Source: Elusimicrobiota bacterium (lineage in GTDB: Bacteria; Elusimicrobiota; Elusimicrobia; UBA1565). From it: a stretch of DNA of 30,689 nucleotides. The position numbers and the translations under genes were made by a program. The notes below the pieces were generated by a model. The model did not search any database and was not told the DNA's origin. It saw only the letters and a program-made list of their open reading frames with translations. Below, piece after piece: positions 23,974 through 30,689 of the stretch; position 1 is the stretch's first letter, and the number at the start of each line of letters is the position of its first letter. The stretch is from NCBI GenBank assembly GCA_043819795.1, contig JBDREN010000022.1:1-30689 (forward strand), given 5' to 3'.

Positions 23974-26280
23974 ATGACCATCCGCAAGCAAGACGCTCTT
24001 GACTATCACTGCCTGCCCACCTACGGCAAGATCGAGGTTCGCCCGACCAAGCCCTGCAGGACGCAGCGGGACCTCAGCCTCGCCTACACGCCGGGGGTGG
24101 CGTATCCCTGCCTGGACATCAAGGACGATCCCAGCCAGGCCTACCGGTATACGTCGAAGGGGAACCTCGTCGCGGTCATCTCGAACGGGACCGCGGTCCT
24201 GGGGCTCGGGAACATCGGGGCCCTGGCCGGCAAGCCGGTCATGGAAGGCAAGGGCGTCCTGTTCAAGCGCTTCGCGGATATCGACGTTTTCGATATCGAG
24301 ATCGATTCCGAGGATCCGGAGGACGTGATCCGCACATGCCGGCTTCTCGAGCCGACCTTCGGAGGCATCAATCTCGAGGACATCAAGGCCCCGGAATGCT
24401 TCCGCATCGAGGAGGCCCTGAGGGCGACCATGAAGATCCCGGTGTTCCACGACGATCAGCACGGCACGGCGATCATCTCCGGGGCGGGCCTCCTGAACGC
24501 CCTGGAGATCGCCGGAAAGGACATCGGCAAGGTCAAGGTCGTGGTCAGCGGGGCCGGCGCCGCCGGGATCGCGTGCGCCGAGCATTACGTGCAGCTGGGA
24601 GCGAAGAGGGAGAACATCATCCTCTGCGATACCAAGGGAGTCATCTACAAGGGCCGGACCTCGGGCATGAATCCCTACAAGGAGCGGTTCGCGGTGAAGA
24701 CGGACCGCCGGTCCCTGGCCGAGGCCATGGAGGGCGCGGATGTGTTCCTGGGATTGTCCGTGGCGGATGCGGTCAAGCCGGAGATGCTCCTCGGCATGGC
24801 CAAGAACCCGATCATCTTCGCCATGGCTAACCCCGATCCGGAGATCCGCTACGACGTGGCCGTCAAGACCCGCAAGGACGTGATCATGGCCACGGGCAGG
24901 TCGGATTTCCCAAACCAGGTCAACAACGTCCTGGGCTTCCCCTTCATCTTCCGCGGGGCCCTGGATGTCAAGGCCAGCTGCATCAATGAGCAGATGAAGG
25001 TCGCCGCCACGCACGCCCTCGCCAAGCTGGCGAAGGAGGACGTGCCGGACTCCGTGCGCAACGCCTACGGCGGCGCGCCGCTGCGCTTCGGCAGGGAGTA
25101 CATCATCCCCAAGCCTTTCGATCCCCGCGTGCTCGTGTGGGAAGCCGCGGCCGTGGCCCAGGCCGCCATGGAGACGGGCGTCGCCAGGGAGCCGGTCGAT
25201 ATCGAGGAGTACAAGGAGCAGCTTCTCAGGCGGCTCGGGCGGTCCCAGGAGGTCATGCGGGAAGTGGTACTGAAGGCCAGATGCCACAAGAAGCGGGTGG
25301 TGTTCACCGAGGGGGAGGAGGAGCGGATCCTCCGCGCGGTCAACATCATCATCGAGGAGGACATCGCCTCGCCCATCCTGATCGGCGACGAGGAGAACAT
25401 CCGGCGTCTCGCCGCGGACCTCGACGTGGACCTCGGCGGGGTCGAGATCGTGGACCCCGCGCGGGCGCCGCGGCTCGAAGAGTATATCGACGCCCATTTC
25501 CAGCTGCGCCAGCGCAAGGGAGCGACCCGGATGGTCTCCACGGAGCTCATGCGCGTCCCGAACGTGTTCGGCGCCATGATGGTACATATGGGGCACGCCG
25601 ACGCCCTGCTTTCGGGGCTGACGCAGAGCTATCCGGCGACCATCAAGCCCGCGCTCCAGATCATCGGGACCCGGAAGGGGATCCGCAAGGTCGCCGGGAC
25701 CTATGTGGTGCTCACCAAAAAGGACATCTACTTCATCGCCGACGCCACCGTGAACATCGACCCCACGGCCGAAGATCTCGCGGACATCGCGATCCTGACC
25801 GCCGATCTGGCGAGACGGTTCGACGTGGAGCCGCGCGTGGCGATGCTCTCCTTCTCGAACTTCGGCAGCACCGAGCATCCTCTGACCCGGAAGGTGGTGG
25901 AAGCTTTGGCGATCGTCAAGAAACGCCAGCCCGAGCTGGTCATAGACGGCGAGATGCGCGGGGATACGGCGGTCATGCCGGAGATCCTCGACAGGTCCTA
26001 CCCCTTCAGCGCGCTCAAGGACCGCCCCGCGAACGTCCTGATCTGCCCGGACCTGGAATCCGCCAATATCTCCCAGAAACTGCTCCGCGGCGTGGCCGGG
26101 CTCGAATGCATCGGTCCGATCCTCATGGGGATGAGCAAGCCCGTGCATGTGCTCGATCGCGCGAGCGAGGTGGCGGACATCGTCAACATGGCGGCCATGG
26201 CGGTCGTGGAGGCCCAGGGCCCCGAGCGGGTCCTTGGGAAGATCCAGCGGAAGACCGTCGGCGGGAAGGTCGCGGCGTAG
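23974..26280 (+). CDS. maeB: NADP-dependent malic enzyme with PTA-like C-terminal domain
   Basis: [77 protein letters not shown] domain [18 protein letters not shown]. Confidence 0.96.
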   Translation: MTIRKQDALDYHCLPTYGKIEVRPTKPCRTQRDLSLAYTPGVAYPCLDIKDDPSQAYRYTSKGNLVAVISNGTAVLGLGNIGALAGKPVMEGKGVLFKRFADIDVFDIEIDSEDPEDVIRTCRLLEPTFGGINLEDIKAPECFRIEEALRATMKIPVFHDDQHGTAIISGAGLLNALEIAGKDIGKVKVVVSGAGAAGIACAEHYVQLGAKRENIILCDTKGVIYKGRTSGMNPYKERFAVKTDRRSLAEAMEGADVFLGLSVADAVKPEMLLGMAKNPIIFAMANPDPEIRYDVAVKTRKDVIMATGRSDFPNQVNNVLGFPFIFRGALDVKASCINEQMKVAATHALAKLAKEDVPDSVRNAYGGAPLRFGREYIIPKPFDPRVLVWEAAAVAQAAMETGVAREPVDIEEYKEQLLRRLGRSQEVMREVVLKARCHKKRVVFTEGEEERILRAVNIIIEEDIASPILIGDEENIRRLAADLDVDLGGVEIVDPARAPRLEEYIDAHFQLRQRKGATRMVSTELMRVPNVFGAMMVHMGHADALLSGLTQSYPATIKPALQIIGTRKGIRKVAGTYVVLTKKDIYFIADATVNIDPTAEDLADIAILTADLARRFDVEPRVAMLSFSNFGSTEHPLTRKVVEALAIVKKRQPELVIDGEMRGDTAVMPEILDRSYPFSALKDRPANVLICPDLESANISQKLLRGVAGLECIGPILMGMSKPVHVLDRASEVADIVNMAAMAVVEAQGPERVLGKIQRKTVGGKVAA

Positions 26281-26349
26281 CGGGCGCCGGGCGCGCTTGC
26301 GCACGGCCGGACGCCCCCGCGGGACCGGCCGGATCCTACGAGTTCTCCG

Positions 26350-28347
26350 TCACTCGGACCGGGGGGGAAGGGGACGGATCAGCTCGAAGTTGCACAGGAC
26401 GGTCTCGATCCTCCCGTCCTGGTCGGTCTTGAACTTGCCGTTGGGGCTCATGGATAGCAGCAGATGGCGGCCGTTGGGATCGAGCATCTCGCAGCCGCTC
26501 TCTTCCAGCTTCGCCCGCAGCCGGCTCATGCTCTCCCGGTAGGCGCTCTCGCTCAGCAGCCCGAACTCGTGCGCGGTGAAGGCGTCGACGGACAGCGTCA
26601 CGGCGACCTCGCCGCCTTCATCGCGGCGGACCTTCCCATCCTCGCCGCAGGAGACGACCATCTGGTGGTTCTCGATCCCCTGGTTGACGAAACCGGCGGC
26701 GCGTAGGCGGCTCTTCGTCCTACTTAGGACGCCATCGAACTCTTCGTCGCCGATGCGGCCCTCTTCGCGCGCCTGCTCCACATCGAGCACCCGGAAGTCT
26801 TTGCCCCCGCGGCCTTCCCTGTGCGGGTCGATGCCGCGGTAGTAGCCCCAGATGCTGTAATAGTCATGATGTGGGCTGAGAAGCGGTCCCGGCGCGGGCT
26901 CCGGCGTCATGAGGGACTCGTGGCTGGCGAACCGGCTGTTGTCCCAATGGAGGATGGGCCGGGTGGACGGATGCCCCGTGCGGTACACGGCGCGCGGATA
27001 GGCCGTGAGTATCCCCGACCGGCGCAGCCGCTCCGCGAGCGCTACCTCCTCGAAGGGGCTGTTGTAGCCGTGCTTCCGGATGCGCTTGCCCCGGTCGAAG
27101 AGGGGCTCGACGCGCGGCCGCATGCCCACCCGCGACCGGCGGTAGACGAAGTAGACGGCGTCGCGCGTGCGGGTGAGGTAGGCCTCGCTGGTCGAGGCCA
27201 GGTTGATCCGGGGGGTCCGGCGCCACCGGTCCGGCAGGAAATAGTCGCGCAGGTCCGGATCATGGCCCACGACCCATAGCTTCCCGCCATCGGGCGTCGC
27301 CCCGAAGACGTAGTCGACCCCGAAGACGGTGGTGGGCTTCAGGTCCGACGGGAGGGCCGCGGGCGTCGAGGCCCTGGGGTGGCTCTGCAGCCGCCAGTAC
27401 CGTTCCCGCCGCTCGGTCTTGAACCGGCGCTTGTGCTCCTGGGTGCGCTGCAGCAGCTCGAAGTCCACCAGGCCATAGACGAGGCGCCTCGCTCCGCGCC
27501 GCATGATCTCTTGATCGCGCCGGCGATTCCTGAGGATGAAATGCACCGGCTTGTTGTCCAGCACCTCGAAGCCCTTCGCCGAGAGCTCCTCTATGACGCG
27601 CGGCGTCAGGTCCGAGAAATCCTGTTCGCTGATGTCTCCGTCCTTCAGCGCCTGCTCGGCGTCCTTCCCCTTCAGCCAATCGTAGAGCAGTACGTAGATC
27701 CGCTTGATATCGAGCTCGATGGCCTTTGGGGCGTTCTCCTGGTCCTTCGCGAGCCGGAAGCGATGCGCGTGGAAGGTGTCCCTGCTCCGGCCGAGCTGCC
27801 AGCTCTTGTGCTCTTCGGGCGGGGCGTAGATGGCGAGAGGGCGGTGGGTCAGCATCCGAGGCGCCCTCGGCCCGAAATCGCCCCGCCGCAGCTCCATGAG
27901 AAGGCCGAACTCCTCCATGGGTCCGTTGAATCGCGCGTTGGCGATCACCTCCGGGGGGATGTCCTCGGGGAAAGTGGTCGCCACCACGAGCGGGACGTCC
28001 TGCGCGACTCGCGAGAACTTGACGACGAGGTCCAGGGATCTGTCGCGCACCGGCTTGGTGCGCACATGGTAGACGTGGCCCGAGCCGCGGAGCCGGAGGC
28101 CCTTCTTCGCGTACCAGTTATCCGCGTGCCAATTATCCGGCGTCAAGAGCGGGGCGTGCGGCCAGCCGTAGCGCGTGACGTAGAGGTCGCCGCCTTCGCG
28201 AAGATGCACGTGGCCGTAATCGACCCCGAAGGCTCTGACGACCATCTCCGGAGGCAGCTCGTCGAACGGGGTCGCGAGTAGCGAAAGAGGGTCTGCCGGG
28301 GCTGCGGGGCCGTCCCCTATATCAACCATGGTGAGCGCCGGTCCCAT
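26350..28347 (-). CDS. Hypothetical protein with two tandem protein-kinase-like domains
   Basis: LVVKF, PMEEF, VLDNKPVHFIL, VDFEL; second copy VYRRSRV, PFEEV, LDPNGRHLLL, CNFEL. Confidence 0.65.
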   Translation of the reverse strand: MGPALTMVDIGDGPAAPADPLSLLATPFDELPPEMVVRAFGVDYGHVHLREGGDLYVTRYGWPHAPLLTPDNWHADNWYAKKGLRLRGSGHVYHVRTKPVRDRSLDLVVKFSRVAQDVPLVVATTFPEDIPPEVIANARFNGPMEEFGLLMELRRGDFGPRAPRMLTHRPLAIYAPPEEHKSWQLGRSRDTFHAHRFRLAKDQENAPKAIELDIKRIYVLLYDWLKGKDAEQALKDGDISEQDFSDLTPRVIEELSAKGFEVLDNKPVHFILRNRRRDQEIMRRGARRLVYGLVDFELLQRTQEHKRRFKTERRERYWRLQSHPRASTPAALPSDLKPTTVFGVDYVFGATPDGGKLWVVGHDPDLRDYFLPDRWRRTPRINLASTSEAYLTRTRDAVYFVYRRSRVGMRPRVEPLFDRGKRIRKHGYNSPFEEVALAERLRRSGILTAYPRAVYRTGHPSTRPILHWDNSRFASHESLMTPEPAPGPLLSPHHDYYSIWGYYRGIDPHREGRGGKDFRVLDVEQAREEGRIGDEEFDGVLSRTKSRLRAAGFVNQGIENHQMVVSCGEDGKVRRDEGGEVAVTLSVDAFTAHEFGLLSESAYRESMSRLRAKLEESGCEMLDPNGRHLLLSMSPNGKFKTDQDGRIETVLCNFELIRPLPPRSE

Positions 28348-28542
28348 ACGACAGGCGGCGGCGGATTCCTTGATTGTACAACATTGAACTCTGTTGTTCT
28401 TCTTGGTCCCGACCTTGCGTGTGCGATGCGGGCGGCCGCTAGCTCGAGAAGGCCGCGATGTTGACTATTGTGACACGATCGTTGTCAGGATTTGTCGCAT
28501 GGCTGGGAACGGAGCAGTGATCAGATCGTCTGCCCCAGATGA

Positions 28543-28697
28543 TCACGTCACGAACTGACTTTTCGGCATTCCGAGCCTGGCCATCGTGTTGAGGATCTGC
28601 GGCCGATACGCCTCTCCACTCTCTGGCCAGCTAAGGTCCGGGCCCGCATCTCCCTTCCGATGATCGTCTTGTACCGGTGAATGGCGTTCTTGACCAT
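28543..28697 (-). pseudogene. IS5-family (IS903-group) transposase C-terminal remnant, frameshifted
   Basis: Minus strand reads MVKNAIHRYKTIIGREMRARTLAGQRVERRIG, then a frameshift, then ILNTMARLGMPKSQFVT*. Confidence 0.8.
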
Positions 28698-28796
28698 CCA
28701 AAACGCATAGCGGTCGTCCGCGGGCGGGGCCTTACGGCGCGAATATCAGGACGATCGCGACCTGAGCCGCCGTGATGAGGAAGTCTGCCAACAAGG

Positions 28797-30347
28797 CTAT
28801 TTCTTCCGGCCGCCGCCCTGGCCCTGGTCGTGCGGGACGTTCACGTCCACGGTCCCGGTCGCGCTGTTGCCCGCGGCGTCGCTGCATTCTACCGTGGTCG
28901 TGTAGACCCGCCCGTCGCCCTTGCCGGAGCGCTCCGCTCTGAGATCGAGCGTCAGGCCCCCGGTGTTCTCCCAGTCCGGCGATGTGTTCCCGTCGCCGGG
29001 TCCGTTGACCGGTTCGTCGCTGCTCGTCGAGACGACGGAGCAGGCGACCGCCGCGTCGCCGCAATAGTCCGTGGCGGCTACGGACACCCGCACCGGCGTC
29101 ATCTTGTGGTTCGGCGGCCAGAGGGTGCCCGGGTCGGTCGTCACGCTATCGATCGACGGCGGCGTGGTGTCTTCAACGATGACGGTCACTGTGTCGGTGT
29201 CCGTCTCGCCGGATGGATCCGCGACGATCAACGTGATCGAGTGCTCGCCCAGGGGCAGCTGCAGCGTGAACGCCGGATCGGGGCCGCTCTGGGCGCCGAA
29301 AAAGCTTTCCCATGTGTAGGAGAGCGCGTCGCCATCGGGATCGGAGGAGCCGCTCGCGTCCAAGGTCGCATCCGCGACGCAGCCAGCGGCGGCCTCCAGC
29401 GTCTGGTCCTCGCCGGCGTCGGCCGTGGGGGGCTGGTTGATGGGCGTCATCCCAGAATTAAGGAACGCTATTCCTTTGACGCGGGCTACCGATGTCGTTA
29501 CGACCTCCGCTCCCGTTCCGTCTAACTCCGCGCGACCTATCTCAAAGTCCCTGGCCCAATACAGTTTTTGGTTAACTCGATCTATCGCAACGCCACCGGC
29601 TCGCCCCGGCCGAAACTCAACAAGTTTCTCAGGATTTGCCCCGTCCAAATTGGCACGCCAAATAGAGGAACGCACAAAGGCACTATCGAAGACCCAATAA
29701 ATCTTCCCGTTCTCGTGATCTATCGTCATATCTTGGACGCCGCCGTTGTCAAATACACCGCTGGCAGAAACCACCAGGTCTTCGATGTCGGATCCGTCAA
29801 GATTAGCTCTTCGTATCGTGATTGGGGTGAAAGCTGTCGCCCAGTAAAGCTTTTGAGCCGCCACATCCAGGGCGAGGCACATCGCGTTGACGGTGGGAAG
29901 CACATCCTCTCGATCCGAGCCATCAAGATTACTGCGCTGAATCTTGCTTACATTAATGCTGAAGTACAGCTTCCCAGCCGTGTGGTCTATGGCGATTCTG
30001 CGGATCTGGGGAACCCCGGAACCTCCCTCAATAGCGACTTCAGCTGAAGATCCATCAAGGTTGCTTCTCATAAGGCCGACCGTGGGTATGAGATCAGCCC
30101 AGTACATCTTGCCAGCGACAGGATCTAGTTCAATATCCCAAGGGAGCTTTCCTGTAGCGAGAAGCTCTATCTCAGTTCCGTCCTGGTTTGCGCGTTGGAT
30201 TTTCCCGGAGGTCTCTGTAAAGTAGATTTTTTGGGCAGAGGCGATCCCGACAAACAAGTGGACGAATAGGATGCAGGCGAAGATTCTCGTTAGAGGAAGT
30301 CGACTGCTAAGGATCCTGAACACTTTCACGGCGATTGACTCTTTCAT
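28797..30347 (-). CDS. Secreted protein: LDLR class B (YWTD-type) propeller + PKD/Ig-like + LWPPNHKM Ig-like domain
   Basis: GAGGAG SD; signal peptide; repeats KIYFTE/KMYWAD/KLYWAT/KIYWV with RANLDGS; NQPPTADAGEDQT...LDASGSSDPDGDALSYTW; DTTPPSI...LWPPNHKM...LRAERSG. Confidence 0.88.
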   Translation of the reverse strand: MKESIAVKVFRILSSRLPLTRIFACILFVHLFVGIASAQKIYFTETSGKIQRANQDGTEIELLATGKLPWDIELDPVAGKMYWADLIPTVGLMRSNLDGSSAEVAIEGGSGVPQIRRIAIDHTAGKLYFSINVSKIQRSNLDGSDREDVLPTVNAMCLALDVAAQKLYWATAFTPITIRRANLDGSDIEDLVVSASGVFDNGGVQDMTIDHENGKIYWVFDSAFVRSSIWRANLDGANPEKLVEFRPGRAGGVAIDRVNQKLYWARDFEIGRAELDGTGAEVVTTSVARVKGIAFLNSGMTPINQPPTADAGEDQTLEAAAGCVADATLDASGSSDPDGDALSYTWESFFGAQSGPDPAFTLQLPLGEHSITLIVADPSGETDTDTVTVIVEDTTPPSIDSVTTDPGTLWPPNHKMTPVRVSVAATDYCGDAAVACSVVSTSSDEPVNGPGDGNTSPDWENTGGLTLDLRAERSGKGDGRVYTTTVECSDAAGNSATGTVDVNVPHDQGQGGGRKK

Positions 30348-30439
30348 CGCTCTCTCCTCGTTGGGCTTCTTCCTGATGCTCGTTACGCGCGTGGGATTCT
30401 TCGGGGTCGTACAGCATCACAGCAAATGGCCCGAAAGGT

Positions 30440-30689
30440 TCAATCGCGCTCGCCGGTCAGAAAGGCGCGCATCGGCAGGGCCATGATCCTCTCGCCCATT
30501 GGGATCACGTGGGTCCCCGGGTAGAGAAGAAGCCCGAAGGGCGCTTCCCTCTTGAACAACTTCAGGAATACGCCGAGGCCGCTGTTGTCCCGGTTCATGG
30601 GAGTCTGCGTGGCTTTGATCTCGATGGGGATCAGCCTGGAGCCGGCTTCCAGCACCAAGTCGCATTCATCCCCCGACACGGAGCGGAAG
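30440..30689 (-). CDS. 3' end of a second DUF4143-type ATPase (runs off the window edge)
   Basis: FRSVSGDECDLVLEAGSRLIPIEIKAT, the typical DUF4143 E-x-D...(I)EIK C-terminus. Confidence 0.75.
   Translation of the reverse strand, partial: FRSVSGDECDLVLEAGSRLIPIEIKATQTPMNRDNSGLGVFLKLFKREAPFGLLLYPGTHVIPMGERIMALPMRAFLTGERD

Noticed and set aside
23800..26304. 834-aa minus-strand ORF and other long overlapping ORFs (e.g. 1943-3334, 6099-7577, 8587-9867, 16456-17739, 2-736)
   Set aside because: Antisense or alternate-frame shadows of well-supported genes, expected at high GC; no recognisable motifs.
28732..28796. Hydrophobic peptide IALLADFLITAAQVAIVLIFAP* downstream of the YWTD gene
   Set aside because: No independent start codon; it is the tail of an alternate-frame ORF, possibly a remnant, but cannot be supported.

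Overview
GC-rich bacterial chromosomal window with about 23 genes. The long Ala/Pro-rich N-terminal extension on the MFS protein is reminiscent of Elusimicrobiota, but this taxonomy is only an inference. Gene order: DUF2087 protein, putative outer-membrane beta-barrel and sixA (minus strand); IGHMBP2/Upf1-like SF1 helicase; DEDDh exonuclease; secreted trypsin-like protease; MFS transporter; GH63 hydrolase with an extra C-terminal domain; enoyl-CoA hydratase; alpha/beta hydrolase; an accessory patch (two secreted hypotheticals and an AAA_14/DUF4143 ATPase); a tight cluster of an AsnO/AsnB-like protein, thiolase-like protein, DUF35 and MEMO1; a GT-B-like protein; DUF1573; maeB; a duplicated kinase-like protein; an IS5/IS903 remnant; a YWTD/PKD secreted protein; and the 3' end of a second DUF4143 ATPase. 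Three observations stand out. (1) The DUF4143 ATPase gene is bracketed by two related 34-bp 13-8-13 palindromes. (2) The amidotransferase ORF is intact, but nearly every catalytic motif is substituted, suggesting a pseudoenzyme. (3) That gene heads an operon with a Cys-less thiolase, DUF35 and an RRE-like-MEMO1 fusion. I saw no rRNA, tRNA or CRISPR array. All family calls are from motif recognition by eye, not database searches.
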